Assembly (NCBI GenBank): GCA_951406725.2
Contig: OX597818.1
Location: forward strand, 69,502,001 to 69,566,000
Length of the DNA: 64,000 nucleotides
From: Octopus vulgaris
Taxonomy: Eukaryota
Direction: 5' to 3'
Shown here: one piece after another, positions 52,655 to 64,000 of the stretch
How the letters are laid out: the number at the start of each line of letters is the position of its first letter
Position numbering within the stretch: the first letter of the stretch is position 1
Position numbers and translations under genes: made by a program
Notes under the pieces: model-generated
The model's database searches: none
What the model was told of the DNA's origin: nothing
What the model saw: only the letters and a program-made list of their open reading frames with translations

Positions 52655-54486
52655 GCAGGCAAATGACTTTGTAGAGAACAATGTTTATAAATAGATATAA
52701 GTTTTATAAGAAAAAGTTAAAACATATAGAGCAGAATGTATACATATACATGTATATACATGCACACCTTCTGTCAACCGGATTCTAGTTATACATCGTT
52801 TAATAATTTGAAGCTATGGTCACATACGCTTTCCTAAGCAGCTGCATACAGCAATTGAATCCAAAACTTGATGGCTGCAAACTAAAATTTTAAATCACAC
52901 ATTCATGTCTTCATCCATGAGAAAAAAAGAAAAATATTCTTTGATATTTTTTCCAAATCTTTCATCTCACTCCCACATGCTATTTCTATGTTGAATGGCA
53001 TATGGAACTGTTGGAATTTGGCTCCAAATCTTCTGGGAATATCATGTGATAGAGAACATGTGCTTAGCCATTGCAACATTTATTTTGTCTCTTTCAAATA
53101 CAGGAAAATAAATTCTAAGAAACTTCAGAACCTCCCGTGAGTCTTTTAAACAAGAATTTCTTTAAATTTGTGAGGGAGCTTCAACAGGATTGCTCACCTG
53201 TTAGAAATAATTTCCGAATCTATCTCAAATGACACTGTACCATCAATTTTAGGGGTACCAATGATATTAATAATGTATTATTCACTTTTATAAGAGAGTA
53301 GGTTGTGATTTAATGAAAATTTGGTTGTTAATTCTTTCATGTTGTTTTAATGCTATTTTTCTTTTTGACTGTGCATAATTTAATTTGTGGATACAAAAGA
53401 AATTTGTGCCAGCATTAATGAGAAAAAAAAAGGGTTATGAATGATGACCATGGAAAAAATATAAGATATTTGATTTGATAAGGTTTGAACTCCTGGTTAG
53501 ACCTTGAGTCTAGTTCTGTGGTGTTTCAAGTTGTTTTACTCATTAATACTCATTGCTTATATTTCATTATATCAAAACAAAGTTTTCTTTCTTAAGAAAG
53601 TTACTGATTTCTAAATATTGTAAATCATTCAACTAATTTCAGAATTAAATGCAAAACTGAAGATTTTTAACGTAAATAAATATTAAATCTATAAACAGAT
53701 GGATAAATTGAAATGAATAATTTTTCTTTTCATAGAAATTCGAAAGCTAGAATATCAAGGAAATCTTTTACATTAATTCAAAAGAAACAAATCTCTTGCA
53801 TAGCTTATAAATTATATCTGTTCATAAGCTCAAAATTTTCTACCATTTTAAGATGAATGGAATAGTTAAAAATTAGTAATTCCATCGAAACAGCGATAAA
53901 TCCTAAATCAAAATGAGTTTGGTTTTGTGTGTGTATATTTTTTTAAAACCATTATATTAATTCAATTAATTCATTTTAATCAACAAATAATTTCAACTCA
54001 ATCTCCCTAACCATGCATGTTTAAAATAAAATAGATATTTTAACCTTTCAAAAGCCGAAAGCCGAAAACTAAAAAATCAACAGAAATAACATCGATGAAA
54101 TATAAATTATTTTCAAAAAATAACATGCAGATAGAGAACATTGATCAGAAATAATGTTATTTTCTAATTTTCTACATTTATTCATGTTATTTAACAATTT
54201 TTAATCAACTGACATTTCCCTATTCAATCATTATCTTTTCTTTTTTTTATATATTCTTTATCTTTTATTATTTTTCATTTTTTTTTATATTTTTGTTATA
54301 TATTTTGTTATCTCTTAGTTTTTAATATATTTTTCATTTTCTGAATTTTCAAATTTATTTATTCGTTTACATAATTTTAGATGATTCTAAGATGAGAACA
54401 GCAGCATTTACAAATATTACTGACACTGCAATGTAATTTTGTAGACATACAAATGTGCACTACTACTACTACTACTACTACATACT

Positions 54487-54536
<50 letters not shown>

Positions 54537-54879
54537 CATGTATTTATATACACACACACAATTGTGTGTGTGTGTGTGTGTGTAAATTAATGTAAGCAGC
54601 TAGGCACAATATAATACCACAAAGGAAAAGTTTAATCATCACTAAAGGTGACTGAGGGTACCAAAGCACCATTATTGCTGGAAATAAGAGTTAAAGACTC
54701 TTAATGCTGTAAGAAGAGCACAATAGCTATACATTGACAGGGGAGATAACTACCCCATATATTTATATATATATATATATATATATATTAATTGTTATCG
54801 CCATATTAATATGGCATTCTTATAGAGACTTAGTAATTTTAATATTTCTATTATATATATGTATATATCCTCCTCCTCA

Positions 54880-55122
54880 TCATCATCCTTTATGGTCCGT
54901 TTTCCATGCTGGCATGAGGTGGACAGTTTGACTGAAAACTGGTCAGTTGGGGAGCTTCACCAGGCTCCAATCTGATTTGGCATGGTTTCTATGGCTAGAT
55001 GCCCTTCCTACCACTAGCCACTCCAAGAGTGTAGTGGGTGCTTTTTACATGCCCTCAGCATGGGTGCCAGTTATAAAACACCAGCATCAGCCATGACTAC
55101 GATCTCACTTGGACTGACAGGT
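54880..55122 (-). mobile_element. RTE family C 3' end, older copy
   Basis: GTCCGTTTTCCATGCTGGCATG...GATGCCCTTCCTA. Confidence 0.8.
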
Positions 55123-55279
55123 CACTACGAAGGGGTTGACAATTTCTTCAAAGTTTCAGATCTGTAGCTTTCATAAAACTGTCTGATGAAAACCACATAA
55201 CCAAAACTTCAAAGTAACTGTTAACATTGTCTTTATAAAATTAAAATCGGTATGTTTATTATATTGAAAGGTATTCTAT

Positions 55280-55460
55280 CTACATATCTACATTATATTT
55301 ACATCTGACGAATATTTGTCCTCATCTTGTCTGTTGTTAACATGTTTCAGCTGATATACCCTCCAGCCTTCATCAAGTGTCTTAGGAAAATTTGGAACCT
55401 GGGTTCTCATTCTTAAAGTATTTTTTGATGTTGTTGTTATTATTATTATTATTATTATTA

Positions 55461-55519
<59 letters not shown>

Positions 55520-55597
55520 GTCATTATTATTATTATTATTATCATTATTATTATTATTATTATTCAGGTCACTTTTAACCACTACACCATATGCCCA
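55280..55597 (-). mobile_element. Family H1 copy with internally deleted tRNA head and decayed HHR
   Basis: GGGCATATGGTGTAGTGGTTAA fused to AGTGACCTG(AAT)n, then the linker and TTGATGAAGGCTGG...GAAAC. Confidence 0.8.
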
Positions 55598-55719
55598 CTT
55601 TGTTCTACCTAAAATGATCTGAGTTCACAGTTGAAGCTGCGTCAGTCAGCTTTGCCATAAGGTATTTGCATTCTTCTGAGTTCTTTTGTTTTTGTTCTCA
55701 ATATTATGAACTGTGAAAA

Positions 55720-55928
55720 TGGTAAGCTGGCAGAATCGTTGGCATGCTGAGGTAAATGCTTAGTGGTATTTCGTCCATCTTTATGTTCTGAGTTCAAATT
55801 CTGTCAAGGTTGACTTTGCCTTTCTTCCTTTCAGGTTCGATAAAATGTATACCAGTTGAGTATTGGGGTTGCTATAATCAACTAACCATTTCCCTAAACT
55901 TGCTGGCTTTGGGCCAAAATTTGAGACC
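55720..55928 (+). mobile_element. SINE family A copy
   Basis: AGCTGGCAGAATCGTT head and core. Confidence 0.8.
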
Positions 55929-55945
55929 AATAATTACGAACATAT

Positions 55946-56024
<79 letters not shown>

Positions 56025-56350
56025 GTTAATCCAAACATGAAAACACAAAGAGAAAACACAACAACACGAGGACGTGGAACAAGTATAGTGTTATTGGACG
56101 CTCTGTGTGTGTGTGTGTATGTATGTATACATGCATACATACATACATATATATATATATATACACATGCATACATATGTAAACATATCACACGATCACG
56201 TGATATATATATATATAGTTAATCCAAACATGAAAACAGAAAGAGAAAACACAACAACATGAGGACGTGGAACAAGTATAGTATTATTGGATGCATACAT
56301 ACATATATATATATATATATACATGCATACATATGTAAACATATACATAT
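56025..56350. repeat. Tandem duplication (~190-bp period) of the H2 terminal fragment plus microsatellite
   Basis: AGTTAATCCAAACATGAAAAC...GAGGACGTGGAACAAGTATAGT at 56025 and 56217, followed by similar ATGCATACATAT tracts. Confidence 0.8.
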
Positions 56351-56469
56351 ATATATGTGTGTGTATGTATGTATGTGTGTGTATATGTATATATATACAC
56401 ATGCATGCACACACTTATGTATACGTATATGTATATATATATATGTATGCATGTGTATATGTATATATA

Positions 56470-56805
56470 TCATCATCATTGTTTAACGTCCGCTTTCCAC
56501 GCTAGCATGAGTTGGATGATTTGACTGAGGACTGACAAACCAGATGGCTGCACTGGGCTCCAATCTTGATCTGGCAGAGTTTCTACAGCTGGATGCCCTT
56601 CCTAACGCCAACCACTCTGAGAGTGTAGTGGGTGTTTTTATGTGCCATCAGCACTAAGTCCAGTCAGGCAGTACTGGCAACAGCCACGAAAAAATCGTGT
56701 TTTCTTTCTTTTCTTTTCTCTTTACATGTCACCTGCACACTGGCACAAGTGCCAGTAAGGTGACGCTTGTAACGATCACACTCGAATGGTGTTTTTTACG
56801 TGCCA
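56470..56805 (-). mobile_element. RTE family C 3' end
   Basis: Same 3' UTR signature as other copies. Confidence 0.85.
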
Positions 56806-57187
56806 CACCTATATATATGTCATACAAATAAATATATATGTGTGCATATATACCTGTATACACACACACACACACACATCACTTCTATGCAATATTTCAT
56901 GTATTAGCACTCTGATTTTCCTTTCATTTCTTTTTCTCATTTTCCTCTCCCTCATCTCTCCAAATCATCTCCTCCAGCTTTCTCTCCATGAAAGCCACCC
57001 TTATTTATCCTCATCTTCTTCCTCATTATCTCTTCTTTGCTACTCAATTACGTTTCAAATCTCTTCCAGTTTTCATCTGACACCAACATCAGATAAATCA
57101 AAAAAGTAAAAACGATGCGAAACAAAAAGCAAAGCAAATTTTTTAATTTCCACTTGAATGGGTTCTAATGCGAACGTATATTTAGAA

Positions 57188-57226
<39 letters not shown>

Positions 57227-59441
57227 TAAAATATGCTTATGAATGCATATTAACTTTATATATATATATATATGTCTGTATGTGTATATATATCTGTTTA
57301 TGAGTAAATAAATATGTATACATACAAACACACACACAACACACACACACACAACACACACACACAACACACACACACACACATCACACACACACACACA
57401 TTTACACATAGGCACCTATGTGAGTATATAAATACGGGCATATATTGTACATGTATATATTCTGCACATATAAGTATGTGCATGTGTGTGTGAGTGTGTG
57501 TGTGTGCATGTGTGCATGTGTGCGTGTGCATGTGTGTGCGTGTGCATGTGTGTGCGTGTGTATGTGTGTGTGTGTAGAAAACTATACTGGGGATATTTCA
57601 GGACACCTGCTACAACTTTTTCAAATTTCAGAGGCATTTTGAGGCCACACAAAATGGATATTTAGACACATTCATTTAGTCCTTAGTAATATACTCACTA
57701 ATAACAAGACATCACTGATCAATTACTCATCATTAATGATTTCAATCAAATGTTGAATTTGATTGCAGACATCTGGCTAAATTTAATAATTAATTCATAA
57801 TTTACGTTTTTTTAAGTGAGAAATTACATTAGGCTTACATAAAACAATCATACAACATCATTTACTGAGTATATTTAGATATAAACAGTTTGTTTTGTAA
57901 ATATAACAAATATAATTCGATTCTTGTAAGTATAAAGACAATCCAGATATGACTAAAACAAAACCTTAGTTGCAGTCTCCATTGATTCCATTGTAATTAT
58001 TGATCTCAGGCTTATCTACTTGTAATTAAGATATATCCAAGACAAAGATATAACGAGTACGATATAATAGATAGCACCTATCTTACTTGGCAAAGTAGGA
58101 TTTACAAATTTAAACATTTCTTAAACTTTTAATCACACTCATAATCCTCTCTATATCTCTATATCTCTATAATATTAACTCCAGTTCTGAATGTTTGTGA
58201 ATTCATATTCATTGATAACAAACAGAAAAACTTTTAATAACAATATTGTGTCACCACAGAACACAGCCTTATAATCACTAATCGTAACTGAAATACATTT
58301 AGCAAAATTTAATCAAAATTTTAGGGTATGTTTCTAAGAGTAATTGAAAAAAGGAAATTTTAAATAAACGAAATCAACAAAATTGTATTTCGTTGAAAAA
58401 GCTGTTTGTTCCTCACTTCTGATCTAAACTCACTGCAAATAAATGTAACACTTTCAACTAAAACCACAGTTTTATTGGCTCTAGGATCGTCATTATCAAA
58501 AATTACAAAATTTCAAACATTACAGCTTGATATAAAATCATGGTATCAATGCATTAATATCATTATTATATAAAACAGACGAAGGGAAACTTTTATGCCG
58601 GATGACAATATTGAACTAATCTAGAGACTGAAAAAGCCTTATTCAAAATATTTTTATATTGAAAACACTCTTTATTTTTTAAATATAATTATTAATAAAA
58701 TATTTTTAGATGTAATTTTGTAAAGTAAAACTATTTTAACAGGCATGCTTAACTTTTGAAAAATGTACTTGAAAAGGCAAGTCCCGCAGTTGCCCCTAAA
58801 GGGATATAGGACACATCAAGGAGTATGATAGTTTATGGTTCAATTAGGCATTTTCTGAAAGCAATTACAAATATAGATTAAAAATATAAATGGTTGTTTC
58901 TAAAATTCAATATTTGTCAAAAATGTAGTCTTTAAACCAAATTAAACCAACAAAAATATATTCCGCTTTCATATGATTTCCTCCTCAAAGTATTTTGGTT
59001 TTTTTTTTTTTTTCTCTTCAGAAAGCTATGTATTCTCCATCTCTAATCTAAAAAATCACAGAAATGTACAAATAACAACTTTATCTAAAATCACGATCTT
59101 GTGTCACTAGTGTTAATGTGATGCAAAATAAAAACAGAAATTTAATGCAAAGTCACAAACTCTAAGCATCACTAATTGCGGATAGATTTCATTTTTAACA
59201 TTCAGAGACACATTTGAAACAGTCATCAGATGTGGGCCACGAACTGTAGAGGTTGAGACCTTTTGGGAGGCTTGTATCCAGAAGTATCAAATGAACCACG
59301 TGTAGATTGGTCCATCTTGGAGTCATTTACACTAATGGATTTCAGCAAAGGATAACAATTCCCCATTTTTATGTATTAATGCATATTACAGCAATATAAA
59401 AGTAACAACTCGATCTAAAATCATGGTATGCTTCTATGTGA

Positions 59442-59776
59442 AGGTGCATGGCTCAGTGGTTAGAGCCTCGAGCTTACGATCTTGAGGTTGTGAGTTCGAA
59501 TCCCGGACCGGGATGCATGTTGTGTTCTTGAGCAATACATTTTATTTCACATTGTTCCAGTTCACTCAGCTGTAGAAATGAGTTGCAACATCACAGGTGC
59601 CAAGCTGTATTGGCCCCTTTGCCTTTCCCTTGGATAACACCAGTGGCGTGGAGAAGGAACACTGGTATGCATGGGCGACTGCTGGCCTTCCATAAACAAC
59701 CTCGCCCAGACTTACACCTGGAAGGGTAACTTTCTAGATGCAATCCCATGGTCAGTCATGACTGAAGGGGGTCTCA
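59442..59776 (+). mobile_element. tRNA-derived SINE family F, full length
   Basis: A-box TGGCTCAGTGG, B-box GAGTTCGAATCC and core TGTGTTCTTGAGCAA...CACTCAGCTGTAGAAATG. Confidence 0.85.
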
Positions 59777-59939
59777 GATACTTCTATCAGCATAGGAGTA
59801 AATTATATGGACAGCCTAATCCAATCATCAGAAGGGGAAAAGATTTAGGCTGCAAGAATTTTAACTGTACACACACACACACACACACACACATACACAC
59901 ACACACACACACGCACACACACACACACATCATTGCAAG

Positions 59940-60200
59940 CACGGTCAAACTTTCATGACAATCCACAAATGTCGATGATTCTCCATTGCTCCTGGCAAAC
60001 GTTCCTTCCTGATGTTTGTATCTTCTGAGAGTTGATCAATGAATGTTTGAGCTGGTCTTCCCCTTACTGCATCTTCTTCTGTCACTTGCTTCTCGCACTC
60101 GTGGTTTGTGCATCTCTTCCTGCTTACTTCTCCAGCAATGCCCTGCAAAGCGCAAATGTCCTCAAGCAATTGCAGTTGCTATCTTGGGAAGGCTTCTATA
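59940..60200 (-). mobile_element. RTE/RTEX-like LINE 3' fragment
   Basis: RGRPAQTFIDQLSEDT...AMENHRHLW resembles RTE-group C-termini. Confidence 0.55.
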
Positions 60201-60535
60201 AAATCTCTGAAAATGCAACACTAATATATGTGTATGTGTGCCCATGTGGGCGTGTGTATGTGCATGTGTGGGCATGTGTGTATGTGCATGTGTAGGTGTG
60301 TGTATGTACATGTGTGGGCATGTGTATGTACATGTGTGGGCGTGTGTGTATGTGTATGTGCATGTGTATGTGCATGTGTGAGCGTGTGTGCATGTGTGTG
60401 TTTTGCATTATGGGAAGAATGCTTGGTACATTTTCTCTGTTGATGTATGTGTGTGAGATGATGTGTACCATGGTGAGTGGTGGATTGATATGAAGCCCAA
60501 CTCAAGATGGCATAGAAAGTGATGCTAACGAGTGT

Positions 60536-60586
60536 GATAATAATGATGATAACAATGGCGATGGCGATGATCATGGCCATGATGAC

Positions 60587-60620
<34 letters not shown>

Positions 60621-60621
60621 G

Positions 60622-60653
<32 letters not shown>

Positions 60654-60654
60654 G

Positions 60655-60695
<41 letters not shown>

Positions 60696-60696
60696 T
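60536..60696. repeat. (GAT)n microsatellite
   Basis: Read directly from the sequence. Confidence 0.95.
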
Positions 60697-60959
60697 CATG
60701 AATGTATAAAGATACTTTGACAGAATTGAAACAAACAAATGCACATCAGCGTGCATAAATAAAGACACCCGTTTCCATCAATTTACACAAATTTATTCGT
60801 ACAAACACAAATACACATTTTCAAACAGACACGCATCGATAAAAACACACACGGTTGGCACACACACAAGTTCATGCGTGCATTCACATTTTCTTTTGCA
60901 TTTCGTCACAGAATTTGCAAAAAACCAACAAACATGGCCATAGTTATGAAAGTGTGCCA

Positions 60960-60993
<34 letters not shown>

Positions 60994-61692
60994 GTGGAGC
61001 TTGACATAAAATTCCAGTCACTCATGAAAAGATAGGAGTAAACACACACAAATACCACATTCACATGGTCCACATATAAATTGTAAACACAGAAACATCT
61101 GAAATTATCGATTACAAATTATTTCTTTCAATAATATTTAAAATCAAACTAGATTTGTGTTCGTCAGAAAGAGAAAAAAACAGAACACGAAACGGGCTCA
61201 GTGGAATGAGGAAATTGGAAAGAGTAAGATTGGGGGGTGATGATGTGAGGCAGAGAGAGAGAGGGGGATGGGGGGGGACAAAAGAGGGTGAGAGAGAAGG
61301 GGAGAGTAGGAAAAAAAGAGAGAGGGGGGAGAGGGGGAGAGGGGAAAAAAGAGGTTGAGAGAGAGAGAGAGAGAAAGATAAAGTAGCCATTAGTATGAGA
61401 TAATATTGTGAAATATTCTTTTGATGAAGTGGTTGAGTTCTGGCAAACACTAAATTTATATGGACACAATAAAGCAAGGCGAAAAACAAGCAAATAAATA
61501 AAACAAATGCAATAATAATTTAATAACAAAATCATGATAGTTGTGATCACGCTGAAATATATATATGCGTGTGTGTGTGTGTGTCCCATATATACACACA
61601 TCCATGAACACACGCATACAAGAATGAATATATAGACTTTAAACATACACATGCACTTCCATATATAAACATACTCATACATATACTTATAC

Positions 61693-61740
<48 letters not shown>

Positions 61741-61794
61741 ATGTAAATTTGAAGTTATACTCCCTAATATTATTATTATTATTATCATTATTAT

Positions 61795-61826
<32 letters not shown>

Positions 61827-62767
61827 CATATGTATATATTTGTTTGTGTGCATGTATATGTAAACATGTATGTGTAGCAGAGAGAAAGAGAGGAAAAGAG
61901 TGAGAAAGTGGAGGCCGTGTGGCGAAATGGGTAAAAGACGTTTGCTTTTTAATCCTGAGGTTCAGCATTCAATCGTTTTTGTGACACTTTTTGATCAAGA
62001 GTTTGGTCTGTAGGTTCAGTTCGATTCGAACCTTGTGAATGCAATTAGTTTGAAAGAATTTGAGATCTATTTATGTATGTGTGTACATGTGCATGTATGT
62101 GCACATATATGTATGTACACATGTATGTACGTATGCTTGTATTTGTATGTGTGTGTATGCATATACTTACTCATATTCGAGCTATTCGTTGAGAGAAGCT
62201 TCTGCTGAGGGAGTCAAAACAACAACAAAGTCGATACAGCTCACAGAATTAATTCTTGGAATCCTCGGTTTCCAAATGCCATTGCCTTTCTATTTGCTAC
62301 ATCGGCACCATCCAATGGTACTTTATTGAACGCTACATTTCTGGGGAAAACAGTATTGTAAATACTTGAAAATTGTTTTCCCCAAAGCTGCCAGGAACAT
62401 TATCCATTTTGTATTTTGCAGGAAATATGCAACCAGTGTTGCAAAAACGATATTAGAATCAAGTTTAAGAAACCTTTCAAAGCTAGGATACCATACTTTA
62501 TATGTCTCGCAGCAGCACCTGCCTCACTTGGCCCTGCCCTATTTCAAAATATCCCAAACCAAACGTAGAAACAAAATAAGCTCATAACTTACAAACAGTA
62601 TCTCAACAAATTATTCAATGGAAAACAAACTGCCATCAGCTGGATATGTTTTAGCCCCAATTAACCCTCTACTAAAGTTTGGGATGACCTGCCAGAAACT
62701 TAATTCATTTCATCTAAATTTATACGTGTATATACACATACAGATGTATTTATACATATGCATGTAT

Positions 62768-62978
62768 TTCCTTTTCTACTCTAGGCACAAGGCACGAAAT
62801 TTTGGAGGAGGAAATCAGTTGATTGACCCCAGTACGCAACTGGTACTTAATTTTTTGACCCTGAAAGGATGAAAAGGCAGAGTCGACCTCGGCGGAATTT
62901 GAACTCAGTACATAAAGACAGACGAAATATGGCAAAGCATTTTGCCTGGCATGCTAACGTTTCTGCCAGCTCACCACC
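62768..62978 (-). mobile_element. SINE family A copy
   Basis: Near-identical organisation to 3113-3314. Confidence 0.85.
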
Positions 62979-63048
62979 TTAGATACATTTATACATATAC
63001 AGATATATTATACATACATACATATATACAAACACAGTCAGATACAAA

Positions 63049-63140
63049 TACGACGGGGTGCTGAAAAGTTCTTGTCTGCGGGTGAAAGAAAATACAGGAA
63101 GATCGTTTAATTATGATTTTATTCAACATATTCCCCCCTC
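63049..63140. mobile_element. Mariner-type terminal fragment
   Basis: TA-CGACGGGGTGCTGAAAAGTTC...TTTTATTCAACATATTCCCC resembles mariner TIR/subterminal sequence; no partner end was found. Confidence 0.4.
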
Positions 63141-63258
63141 ATTTACCTTTCTCATTTACCTGCTTTTGTGTGTGAGCAGTTGTCTATATTTATATACATG
63201 TGTGTGTGTGTGGTGAAACATCTGTAGGTTGTAGAGCAGTATATATAAATCTAACATT

Positions 63259-63307
<49 letters not shown>

Positions 63308-63393
63308 GCATATATACTACATAGGTATACATATATATATATAGTATATATTATAGTTAGATGATATAAACTATATATATATATATATATAAC

Positions 63394-63454
<61 letters not shown>

Positions 63455-63471
63455 TACACATATATACATAG

Positions 63472-63870
<399 letters not shown>

Positions 63871-64000
63871 GCGGCGAGCTGGCAGAATCGTTAGCACACC
63901 GGGCGAAATGCTTAGCAGTATGTCGTCTGCCGTTACATTCTGAGTTCAAATTCCACCGAGGTCGACTTTGCCTTTCATTGTTTCGGGGTCAATAAACTAA
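63871..64000 (+). mobile_element. SINE family A copy running off the window
   Basis: GCGGCGAGCTGGCAGAATCGTTAGC head, B-box and core. Confidence 0.88.

Noticed and set aside
57650-59430. Long repeat-poor AT-rich stretch, possibly a 3' UTR or regulatory region
   Set aside because: No coding exon or diagnostic motif was found to support a call from sequence alone.
59442-59515. Possible tRNA gene
   Set aside because: A and B boxes are present but there is no acceptor stem, and it continues into a SINE body with other copies in the window.

Overview
AT-rich, extremely microsatellite-rich animal genomic DNA. The repeat families and the (TA)n/(TATG)n/(GAT)n/(TAA)n density suggest a cephalopod such as Octopus, which is an inference. 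There is no intact long protein-coding ORF, and most ORFs in the supplied track are microsatellite artefacts. The window is a mosaic of mobile elements: three tRNA-derived SINE families; RTE, CR1/Jockey-like and R4/Dong-type LINE fragments; two mariner fossils, one Tc1, one DD37D-like and one pogo-like fossil; and several MITEs. A few well-formed splice signals hint at a multi-exon minus-strand transcript. The most striking signal is a set of type I hammerhead ribozyme (HHR) motifs from at least four unrelated repeat families, two of them in inverted-arm (Penelope pseudo-LTR-like) arrangements. One family carries a tRNA-derived Pol III head, making it a candidate Penelope-mobilised ribozyme SINE. 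Boundaries of older repeats are approximate because they were read by eye.
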